Source: Candidatus Marinacidobacterium sp.
Lineage (GTDB): Bacteria > Acidobacteriota > Vicinamibacteria > Marinacidobacterales > Marinacidobacteraceae
NCBI GenBank assembly: GCA_965220965.1
Contig: OZ244852.1
Location: 480,001-544,000 of the forward strand
DNA length: 64,000 bases
Direction of reading: 5' to 3'
The position numbers and the translations under genes were made by a program. Position 1 is the stretch's first letter. Each line of letters opens with the position of its first letter. Positions 56,033-64,000 of the stretch are shown in pieces. The notes under the pieces were generated by a model that was given only the letters and a program-made list of their open reading frames with translations, did no database searches and was not told where the DNA came from.

Positions 56033-57604
56033 TCAGCCTTCGCGGTGCTCCCCGAACACGCTCCGCAGGGCGTCGCTGATCTCTCCGACGGTCGCGCGCC
56101 GTTCCGCGGCCTCCAGGATGGGCGGCATCAGGTTGCCGCCTCCGGCCGCGATCCGACGGACATCGGCGAGCGAGGCCTCGGCTGCGGCCCCGTCGCGCTC
56201 CGAGCGGGTCCGGCGCACCCGGGCGATCTGGGCATCCTCCGCCGCCGGGTCCACCGCGAACGGCTCGACGGTGGCGGTCCTCTCCGAGCGGGCGAACCGG
56301 TTCACTCCCACGACGACCTCCCGGCCGGCTTCGAAGTCCCGTTGCCAGGCGTAGGCCGCCTCCTGGATGCGGGCCTGCACGAAACCCGATTCGACGGCGG
56401 CCACCGCTCCGCCGATCTGGTCCACCCTTTCGATCCACCCGCGCGCCTCCGCTTCGAGTTCGTCGGTCAGCGACTCGATGGCCCACGAACCTCCCAGCGG
56501 GTCCACCGTCCCGGGCGCTCCGCTCTCGAAGGCGATGACCTGCTGGGTCCGGAGCGCGAGTTCCGCATTCGCCTCGGTCGGAAGGCCGAGCGCCTCGTCG
56601 AGCGCGTTCGTATGGAGCGACTGCGCGCCCCCGAGGACCGCGGCGAGCGCCTCCAGCGTGGTCCGGACGACGTTGATCTCCGGCGCCACCGAGGTCAGGG
56701 TCGATCCCGCGGTCTGGGCGTGGAAGCGAAGCATCTGGGCGCGCGGACTGGTGGACCCGAAGCGCTCGCGGAGCAACCGCGCCCAGAGCCGCCGGGCGGC
56801 CCGAAACTTGGCGATCTCCTCGAGGAAGTCCCGATGCGCGTTGAAGAAGAAGGACACCCGCGACGCGACGCGGTCCACTTCGAGCCCCCGGGAGACGGCT
56901 TCCCCCACGTAGGCGAGGCCCGCCGCGAGCGTGAAACCCACTTCCTGCGCCGCGGTGCATCCGGCCTCCCGCATGTGATACCCGCTCACGCTCACCGGGT
57001 TGAAGCGGGGCAGTTCGCGCCGGCACCACTCGATGACGTCGCCCGAGAGCCGGATCGACGGGCCGGGAGGGAAGATCCACGTTCCGCGCGCCGCGTATTC
57101 CTTGAGGATGTCGTTCTGGACGGTGCCCGAAATCCGCTCCGGCGCCGCTCCCTGTCGCCGGGCGACCGCCACGTAGAACGCCACCAGGATCGCCGCGGTC
57201 GCGTTGATCGTCATCGAGGTGGAGACCCGATCCAGCGGAATGCCGGCGAACAGGGTCTCCATGTCATCCACCGAATCGATGGCGACTCCGACGCGCCCGA
57301 CCTCTCCCGCCGCCAGCCGGTGGTCCGAGTCGTGGCCGATCTGGGTGGGGAGGTCGAACGCGACCGAGAGCCCGGTCTGTCCACGCTCCAGCAGCGCCCG
57401 GTACCGGCGGTTCGACTCCGTGGCCCCGGCGTAGCCGGCGTACTGACGCATGGTCCACAGGCGCGAGCGATAGCCCTCCGCGCGGACGCCGCGGGTGAAC
57501 GGGAACTCCCCCGGTAGGCCGACGGCCTGCTCGCCACCCGGCGCGTCGGCCGGGCGGTAGACGGGCCGGAGCGCCCGTCGGGAAGCTCCGTCGGGACCGC
57601 TCAC
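56033..57604 (-). CDS. Methylmalonyl-CoA mutase family, substrate-binding subunit without B12 domain
   Basis: [55 protein letters not shown]. Confidence 0.93.
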   Translation of the reverse strand: MSGPDGASRRALRPVYRPADAPGGEQAVGLPGEFPFTRGVRAEGYRSRLWTMRQYAGYAGATESNRRYRALLERGQTGLSVAFDLPTQIGHDSDHRLAAGEVGRVGVAIDSVDDMETLFAGIPLDRVSTSMTINATAAILVAFYVAVARRQGAAPERISGTVQNDILKEYAARGTWIFPPGPSIRLSGDVIEWCRRELPRFNPVSVSGYHMREAGCTAAQEVGFTLAAGLAYVGEAVSRGLEVDRVASRVSFFFNAHRDFLEEIAKFRAARRLWARLLRERFGSTSPRAQMLRFHAQTAGSTLTSVAPEINVVRTTLEALAAVLGGAQSLHTNALDEALGLPTEANAELALRTQQVIAFESGAPGTVDPLGGSWAIESLTDELEAEARGWIERVDQIGGAVAAVESGFVQARIQEAAYAWQRDFEAGREVVVGVNRFARSERTATVEPFAVDPAAEDAQIARVRRTRSERDGAAAEASLADVRRIAAGGGNLMPPILEAAERRATVGEISDALRSVFGEHREG

Positions 57605-58110
57605 GGACGCGCGGCGGCGCCTTCGCCGGGCGCCGCGCCCGGGTCTCCCTCGCGCGTCGGCGCGCAGGCGTACCCGCACACCACGACCTGGTTCCCCCAG
57701 ATCTCCGATCCGCCGAGGTCCAGCGGGCAGAACCGGACGAGCGCTTCCTCGAAGAACAGCGGGCAGTCATCGGTGAGGTTGGGCCCCAGCCGGTCGGGCC
57801 GCTGGATCGTGATCTCGAGCGTGCGGCGCCGGGGCGCCCAGCCCTGGGTCTCGCCGAAGCTCACGAGGTCGCGACGCAGACGTTCGACGCGCCGACGCGC
57901 CTCCTCGAGGGTCAGGTCGCGGTCGCGCACTCCCCGCAGGATGTCCCGCGCCTGGTCCCGGAACGTGTCGAGCGACCCGGGCGGGGCGTCGCCGGTCCCG
58001 GGCGCCGGTTCCTGGCGCGGCGAGCCGGCGCCCCAGACCGCGCACGACAGCGCGAGCAGGAACGCTCCCCGGAGGCGGCGGAAGCCGGGACGCGTCACCC
58101 CTCGATTCAT
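57601..58110 (-). CDS. Hypothetical secreted protein with four C-terminal Cys
   Basis: Signal-like N-terminus; 4-nt overlaps with both neighbours. Confidence 0.6.
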   Translation of the reverse strand: MNRGVTRPGFRRLRGAFLLALSCAVWGAGSPRQEPAPGTGDAPPGSLDTFRDQARDILRGVRDRDLTLEEARRRVERLRRDLVSFGETQGWAPRRRTLEITIQRPDRLGPNLTDDCPLFFEEALVRFCPLDLGGSEIWGNQVVVCGYACAPTREGDPGAAPGEGAAARP

Positions 58111-59072
58111 CGCTCCCGGCCGGACCCCTGCATCGGTTGCGAGGACGGGGGACGCCACAGGTTCTCCTCTCCCAGATGCCGCTCGAGCCAGGACCGCAGG
58201 GGCACATCCTCCGGCTGCGGCTGGTACCAGCCGACTTCCGTCGTTCCGTCGCCGAGGAGCTGCCGGAGCACCGGATCACACGAAGCGAGGAGCTCCGGCG
58301 GCATGTGGGTGTAGTCGAGGGGCCGCAGCCAACGGAAGCTGTATCCGAAGAAGAGCGACTTGCGCACGGCGTCCGAGGTGTTGCGTCCGTGCCGATGCCA
58401 CAGCCGCCGATCGAAGATCGTCGAGTCTCCCGGCGCCGCATGCAGCCGGACCACGCCGTCCCACGCCGGATCGTCGGCTTCCGGGGGCGGCGCGTCCAGC
58501 CAGTGGCTTCCCGGGATGACCTCCATGGGCCCGCTCGCCGGGTCGTTCGTGTCGGTGAGCCAGAAGGCGGTCTTGACCGAGAGCCGGGGGGCCGGGCGCT
58601 CGAGCTCCAGCACCGGCCGTCCGCTGTCCTGATGCCACACCGGGCGCCGGCACTGGACGCCGCCCCACGTCTCGGGCGGGTACACCACCAGGTGGGAGAT
58701 GTAGAGCTGGATGTTCCACCCGAGGATGTCCCAGACCTTGGGGAACGTCCGCGACCAGTCGACGAGCTCCAGGAACGCCGGATCGAAACGGATGACCGAG
58801 AAGCGGGACATCATGTCGCCCGGCGCCAGCGCGAGCCGGGCGCGTTCGGCGGCGTCCAGCCGGTCCACCGCGGCGATCAGCTTGTCGACCTCGTCCGGCC
58901 CGAGCGCTCCCGGGACCGTGATGTAGCCGTCCCGGTCGAACGCGGCGCGTTCCTCCGGCGTCAGCGACGACGCAAGGTGCTCAGCGGAGAGTCCGCCGAA
59001 ACGGCGTCCCTCCGGCCGGAAATGGAGCGTCGTATCGGTGGATTCGACGGGGGGAGCGACGATCGTGCCCAT
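58107..59072 (-). CDS. Phytanoyl-CoA dioxygenase (PhyH) family Fe(II)/2OG enzyme
   Basis: FDRDGY, WHQD, VIPGSH, GDSTIFDRRLWH. Confidence 0.9.
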   Translation of the reverse strand: MGTIVAPPVESTDTTLHFRPEGRRFGGLSAEHLASSLTPEERAAFDRDGYITVPGALGPDEVDKLIAAVDRLDAAERARLALAPGDMMSRFSVIRFDPAFLELVDWSRTFPKVWDILGWNIQLYISHLVVYPPETWGGVQCRRPVWHQDSGRPVLELERPAPRLSVKTAFWLTDTNDPASGPMEVIPGSHWLDAPPPEADDPAWDGVVRLHAAPGDSTIFDRRLWHRHGRNTSDAVRKSLFFGYSFRWLRPLDYTHMPPELLASCDPVLRQLLGDGTTEVGWYQPQPEDVPLRSWLERHLGEENLWRPPSSQPMQGSGRER

Positions 59073-59189
59073 GGCTTTCCCTGGCGCGGGGGTAGAAGGC
59101 TGGCCGGTTTCGCTCCGGCGCCAGACGGGAAGCGGCGGCCGGCGACCGCGCAGCGGAACGCGCCCTTTGGGCGGTTAGTATTGTTCATC

Positions 59190-59819
59190 GTGAGCCGTCG
59201 CCGGCGTCTGCAGCTTCTTGCTGGCTGGGCCGTGTTCCTGTTCGTCGGCGGGAGCATCTATCTGGGGCCGTACTTCGCCGCCTGGCGGATCCGGCACGCG
59301 GTGGCGGCGGGCGATGCGGCCGCCCTTCACGAGTTCGTCGACTTCGAGGCCGTCCGGGAGAACCTCAAGGCGGAACTCCGGCGGACGCTCGAGGCCTCCG
59401 GCCGCGCTCGCGAGCGCGCCGCGGAGGAGCCGTCGGCGGACAACGGAGGCGCCAGCGGCATTTCGGATCTCTCGACGCAACTGGCGGTGGCGGTCGGCGA
59501 GGCGCTCATCGACCAGTACGCCACCCCCGCGGGCGTGGACCAGGCGCTGGGGGATCGTCCCGCCGATGAGGGATGGGGCTCGTTTCTGGCGCTCGCGGGA
59601 AACCGGGACAGCGAGACGCCGGTCTCCGTCCGGGCTCATTACGACGGCTGGAGCGACTTTCGCGTCCGGCTCGGGAACACCCGGCGTTCGTCCGGGGAAG
59701 CAGAGTCGGGAGAGGAAGCGCTCTGGGCCGACATCCTCTTCGAACGGCGAGGGATCTGGGCGTGGCGGGTCACCGGCGCCCGCGTGAGCCCCGCGGTGAT
59801 CCCTCTCCTCACGCAGTAG
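59190..59819 (+). CDS. DUF2939-like protein
   Basis: TM then GPYFAAWRIRHAVAAGDAAALHEFVDFEAVRENLKAEL; ERRGIWAWRVT. Confidence 0.75.
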   Translation: MSRRRRLQLLAGWAVFLFVGGSIYLGPYFAAWRIRHAVAAGDAAALHEFVDFEAVRENLKAELRRTLEASGRARERAAEEPSADNGGASGISDLSTQLAVAVGEALIDQYATPAGVDQALGDRPADEGWGSFLALAGNRDSETPVSVRAHYDGWSDFRVRLGNTRRSSGEAESGEEALWADILFERRGIWAWRVTGARVSPAVIPLLTQ

Positions 59820-59861
59820 GTGACCCGGGCCGGGTTCGAGGGGCGGGCTCTTTCCGGAGCC

Positions 59862-60776
59862 TCAGCGCGTCGGCGACCGGGGGCGCGTTCGCGCCAGCGT
59901 TTCCCGGAGCGACGGCGCCCCCTCGACGCCCCGCGACTCGACCGCAATGGCTGCGGCCGCCGCCGCCCGCCGCGCCGCCTCCGGCTCGGGGAGTCCGGTC
60001 CACAGCGAAACCACCAGCGCCGCCGCGAAGGTGTCGCCGGCGCCCGTTGGATCGACTTCCGTGGCCGGAACCGGAGGAACCCGCCGCTCCGGGCGGCCGG
60101 CGCCGTGAAGAACCGCGCCGAAGCGCCCGCGGGTGATGGCTACCCGAGGCCCCCGGAGCCCGGGGATCTCGCGTTCTTCGCCGAGGTCGGACCCGGAGAG
60201 GGCGACCAGATCCAGCCCGGAGAGCCGGGCGCCGAGCCCGGCGGGGAGGTGGGGGAGCACCTGGCCGTCCTCGTCGAACCGGCGGAGAAACCCCTGGGGA
60301 GCGGCCGCCGCCAGCGTCTGTCGCCAGACCGCGCTCGTCTCCGGTCCCGTGGCCTCCGGCGGCCGGGGCAGCGGGGGCCCGGCGCCGGCGCCCAGTTCGC
60401 CCGCCACCGGAGCGTAGAGAACCGCCGAACCCTCCGGCAGCGCCGCCACCGCGCGTTGGACCTCCGCGTCCGGGATGGGCGCCGCCCGGGTCAGGATCCG
60501 CTGGGCGCGCGACCCGTCGGCGCGGTAGCGGTTCTCGAACCGGGTCCGCCCGGGAGAAGGGACCACCAGCAGGTCGATCCCCGCCAGCGCGTCGAGCCAG
60601 GGGAACTCCGGATCGACCGCGGTCAGCACGCTGACGCGGACTCCGAACCGGTGAGCCAGCAGGCCGGCGTAGGCGGCGGCGCCGCCGAGGCGCGACTCGC
60701 CGTCCGGGTCCAGGTCTTCGGTCAGGTGGCCCACGACCAGAAGCCGGGGCGCCCGGGATCCTGAGGGAGGCGGCAT
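59862..60776 (-). CDS. PfkB-family carbohydrate kinase
   Basis: GGAAAY, ITRGRFGA, VDPTGAGDTFAAA. Confidence 0.9.
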   Translation of the reverse strand: MPPPSGSRAPRLLVVGHLTEDLDPDGESRLGGAAAYAGLLAHRFGVRVSVLTAVDPEFPWLDALAGIDLLVVPSPGRTRFENRYRADGSRAQRILTRAAPIPDAEVQRAVAALPEGSAVLYAPVAGELGAGAGPPLPRPPEATGPETSAVWRQTLAAAAPQGFLRRFDEDGQVLPHLPAGLGARLSGLDLVALSGSDLGEEREIPGLRGPRVAITRGRFGAVLHGAGRPERRVPPVPATEVDPTGAGDTFAAALVVSLWTGLPEPEAARRAAAAAAIAVESRGVEGAPSLRETLARTRPRSPTR

Positions 60777-60778
60777 CG

Positions 60779-61384
60779 GTGCTGGTCTGGACCTCGCTCG
60801 TCGCCCCGGCGAGGCAGAGGGCGCTGCTCGCGGTGGGGGGAACGATGCTCGGAGCGTTGTTGTACGTCCATCTTGGCCGGTTCTACGGATGGACGCTTCC
60901 CTGGATGCTCGGGGCCGCCCCGGTCGCGGCGCTGTGTCTGCGTTCGATCGTCGCCAATCTGTGGTTTTTCGCCCGCCAGCCGTTCGCGGAGTGCGACCTC
61001 GGGCTGGCGGAGGCGGGGGCGCCGGGCGGAACGGTGGGCGCCGCGATCCGGGTGGTCGCCCGCCGCCCGGTGGAGATCCGGCGGGTCTCCATGCGACTCC
61101 GGCTGGAACGCCGCGGGCCGGGGGGCAAACTGGATGAGCTCTTCCGGAGCGAGGAGAGCCTCCTCGAGTCGAAACGCCTCCGGGAAGGGGAGCGCGCCGA
61201 AGACGCCACCCGGCTGCCGGTGCCCGATGACGCCCCGTTTTCCTTCCGATCCCTCGGCAGCGAGGTCCGGATCCGGTGCCTGGTGCGGGTCCGGCTGGAA
61301 TCGGGCCCTCCCGGGGAGCCCGAGGCGCCGGCCTTTCCGGTCGCCGAACAGGAACTGGAAGTCCTGATCGCGCCCGGCGCCTGA
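60779..61384 (+). CDS. Hypothetical membrane protein
   Basis: Two TM segments then a beta-rich domain; fills the gap between pfkB and rlpA. Confidence 0.55.
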   Translation: MLVWTSLVAPARQRALLAVGGTMLGALLYVHLGRFYGWTLPWMLGAAPVAALCLRSIVANLWFFARQPFAECDLGLAEAGAPGGTVGAAIRVVARRPVEIRRVSMRLRLERRGPGGKLDELFRSEESLLESKRLREGERAEDATRLPVPDDAPFSFRSLGSEVRIRCLVRVRLESGPPGEPEAPAFPVAEQELEVLIAPGA

Positions 61385-61385
61385 G

Positions 61386-62009
61386 CTACAACCGGAGGCG
61401 CAGGACGAGCACGTCGTGGCCGTCGGCCTCGAGGCCGGAGGCGAGGACGTCCGCGTCGCGGCGGGTGGAGAACCGTCCGACGCGCACCCGGTGGACGCCA
61501 TTGGCCTGCACCACCTCCGCGCCGCCGTAACCGGCCGCCTGGAGCTGCTGGCTGAGCTCGTTCGCCAGCCGCGCGCTCCGATAGGCGCCGACCTGCACCG
61601 TGAAGACCGGGACCGGGGCGCGCTCGATCACCGTGAGCATCACCGGGGCCACGCCCTGCTGGAGGATTCCCAGACGACGCGCGGCTTCGTGGGAGAGGTC
61701 GATGATCCGGCCGTCCACGAAGGGACCGCGGTCGTTGATCCGGACCTCGACGGACTGTCCGGTGGCCACGTCGGTGACCTCGACGATCGTGCCGAAGGGC
61801 AGGGAGGGGTGCGCCGCGGTCATGCCCCCGGGGTTCATCGGCTCGCCGTTCGCGGTGAGGCGTCCGCGTTCTTCGATGCCGTACCAGGACGCTTCGCCGA
61901 ACTCGGTCGGATTCGTCGGGGTCGCCGGTCGACGGGCGCTGGAGCAGCCCGCCGCGAGCGCGGCGCCGAACGCGAGCAGAAGCAGGAGGGAGGTGGGGGT
62001 GGGGCGCAT
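61386..62009 (-). CDS. rlpA: Septal ring lytic transglycosylase RlpA with SPOR domain
   Basis: Lipobox [43 protein letters not shown]. Confidence 0.93.
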   Translation of the reverse strand: MRPTPTSLLLLLAFGAALAAGCSSARRPATPTNPTEFGEASWYGIEERGRLTANGEPMNPGGMTAAHPSLPFGTIVEVTDVATGQSVEVRINDRGPFVDGRIIDLSHEAARRLGILQQGVAPVMLTVIERAPVPVFTVQVGAYRSARLANELSQQLQAAGYGGAEVVQANGVHRVRVGRFSTRRDADVLASGLEADGHDVLVLRLRL

Positions 62010-62587
62010 CACTGGCTCCGGTATTGCGCGGCGGCCCACGGGGCGCCGCCGCGCGGAATCGAAAGCGACGTCCAGGCGGGCGCGGCCTTGCGCGCCAGCA
62101 GGACGATCTGTCCGGTGTGGTAGGCCAGATGGACGATCTGTCGCGAGATGGCCTCCTGGACGAGGAACGCCTCTCCCCGGATCCGCACGGTCCCGGCGAG
62201 GTGTTCCTCCCCGAGACGGGCCATGGAGGCTTCCATCACCCGGAAGGCGTGGTCCCATTCGGCGAGGAGTTCGGTGCGCCCCATGTCTTCGCGGGGCTCG
62301 AACTCGCTCTCCCGGTTCCGGTCCGGCTTCTCGCCGTCGGTCGTCAGGAAGTCCGTCCACCGGGACCGCAGATTCCCCGCAAGGTGGCGCAGCACGATGG
62401 CGATCGAGTTGCCATCCGCCGTGGGCCGGGCGTGGAGCGAGGCGTCGGACGACGCCTGCGAAATGGCGTTTTCGGCGAGGCGGCGCAAGCGCCGCATCTC
62501 GAAGCGGGCGTTCTTCAGAAAGACCGCGCCAACCGATCGGGAGGAGGCCTCGCCAGGCGATGGGCGGGCGGGGAGAGCTTGGGACAT
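62009..62587 (-). CDS. DUF1572 / DinB-like protein
   Basis: [47 protein letters not shown]. Confidence 0.9.
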   Translation of the reverse strand: MSQALPARPSPGEASSRSVGAVFLKNARFEMRRLRRLAENAISQASSDASLHARPTADGNSIAIVLRHLAGNLRSRWTDFLTTDGEKPDRNRESEFEPREDMGRTELLAEWDHAFRVMEASMARLGEEHLAGTVRIRGEAFLVQEAISRQIVHLAYHTGQIVLLARKAAPAWTSLSIPRGGAPWAAAQYRSQ

Positions 62588-62986
62588 GGTGCGAGCCGAA
62601 CGGGCTGACGGTGAAGACCGGCGCTGCGCGCCGGGTCCGAATGGACGCGACCCCGACGCGGACGGGTCAACAGGCTGTTGAATCCCGGGCCTGATGCCGG
62701 GGCGGGTGAACCGCCGCCCGAACACCGGTCGGAAGGCGGTTCCCCGGAGGGAGGGGCGACCGAGGGACGGCGGACTGGATGCCGCTCAGAGGACTCCGAC
62801 GCCGGAAAGCGGCGCGGATTCGGGCCCCGCAGAGCCGCCGGAACCAGTTGGACCTCCGAGGGGTCGTCCCAGCGCGTCTGCGCCCGGCAATATAGCGCTC
62901 GTCCCGCCGCTTGCAAATTGGGGCGAGGCGAACCCGTCGGGGAGGGAGGATTCCCGGAGAAACGCGGTACGATTCCGTCACTCGCC

Positions 62987-64000
62987 ATGGCCCCCCCGAT
63001 GTCTCGTCGCCGGTTCCTGGGAGCTGTCCCCGCGGCCGGCGTTGGCCTGGTTCCGGCGGCGCGACTGATGGAGGCCGAGACCCGCCCTGTGGCCCAGTCG
63101 GCGGGCGTCCTCGAGGGCAAGAGCGGTCTTCGCATCCTGAGCCAGCGGCCGGTGAACGCCGAGACGCCGGTCAGCGACCTCGATCCGCGCTACACGCCGA
63201 ACGACAAGCACTTCGTCCGGAACAACGGCGACGTTCCCGCCCGCGCCCTCGCCGCCGACCTGAGCGGGTGGTCCCTCGAGGTCAACGGCGAGGTGGAGAG
63301 CGAGCTTCGGCTGAGCCTCGACGACATCCGCTCCGCGTTCGACAACGTGACCCGGTCGCTGGTGCTCGAGTGCGCCGGGAACGGACGCGCCGCGTTCCGG
63401 CCATCGGTTGCCGGAAACGCCTGGTGGCTTGGCGCCGTCGGCTGCGCGCGCTACACCGGCGTGCGGCTCCGGGATGTGCTCGAGGCGGCCGGCGTGAAGG
63501 AATCGGCGGTCTATGTGGCGTGGTACGGGGAAGACCCGCACCTCAGCGGGGACCCGACCGAGCCGCCGATTTCCCGCGGATTGCCGCTCTCCAGAGCCAT
63601 GGACGAGTCCACCCTGCTCGCCTGGGAAATGAACGGAGAGCCGCTACCGGCGCATCACGGCTTCCCGCTTCGCATGGTGGCGCCCGGCTTTCCGGCGTCG
63701 GCGAGCGGCAAGTGGCTCACGCGGATCTGGGTGCGCGACCGCGTGCATGACGGCCCCAAGATGACCGGTTTCTCCTACCGCGTTCCGCGGTATCCGGTCG
63801 CGCCCGGGGCGGATGTTCCGGAGGACGACATGGAGATCATCGGCGAGATGCCGGTGAAGTCCGTCATCACCCGGCCGGCCACCGGGATCCAGCACCCGGC
63901 GGCGACCCCGCTCCCGGTGCGGGGCTGGGCCTGGGCCGGCGGCGGTCCGGTCGCCTCGGTTCACGTGAGCGCGGACTTCGGCGTCACCTGGACCGAGTGC
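62987..64000 (+). CDS. Tat-exported sulfite oxidase-family molybdoenzyme (3' end runs off window)
   Basis: Manual translation: MAPPMSRRRFLG (Tat), NAETP, HFVRNNG, LECAGNGR, HGFPLRMVAPG, SGKWL. Confidence 0.9.
   Translation, partial: MAPPMSRRRFLGAVPAAGVGLVPAARLMEAETRPVAQSAGVLEGKSGLRILSQRPVNAETPVSDLDPRYTPNDKHFVRNNGDVPARALAADLSGWSLEVNGEVESELRLSLDDIRSAFDNVTRSLVLECAGNGRAAFRPSVAGNAWWLGAVGCARYTGVRLRDVLEAAGVKESAVYVAWYGEDPHLSGDPTEPPISRGLPLSRAMDESTLLAWEMNGEPLPAHHGFPLRMVAPGFPASASGKWLTRIWVRDRVHDGPKMTGFSYRVPRYPVAPGADVPEDDMEIIGEMPVKSVITRPATGIQHPAATPLPVRGWAWAGGGPVASVHVSADFGVTWTEC

Noticed and set aside
62590-62986. SRP RNA or Moco riboswitch
   Set aside because: I could not find the conserved motifs by eye; an Rfam scan is needed.

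Overview
GC-rich (roughly 70% by eye) bacterial chromosome window. The gene content (GWxTD protein, Oar-type TonB receptor, CRTAC1/ASPIC-UnbV plus multiheme-TPR operon, Na+-coupled transporters) suggests an Acidobacteriota genome, possibly marine or host-associated; this is an inference. The main accessory region (about 15.0-27.2 kb) is a RiPP cluster of the NHLP/proteusin type. It has a SagB-like dehydrogenase, a fused RRE-E1-YcaO cyclodehydratase, a three-part NHLP export system with a C39 peptidase, and three paralogous precursors with very short C-x-C cores (NCNYCGCNCVY, TNVCSCHY, ISCMCAVTM). It also has a core-less NHLP leader gene coupled to ycaO and an unassigned, possibly prenyltransferase-like enzyme between two precursors. 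Next comes a minimal complex I-like operon, nuoABCD-HIJK-N, with no nuoEFG and no nuoL/M, followed by a ferredoxin. The rest is housekeeping, envelope and redox genes. I saw no rRNA, tRNA, CRISPR array or transposase. All calls are from motif recognition by eye; no searches were run.
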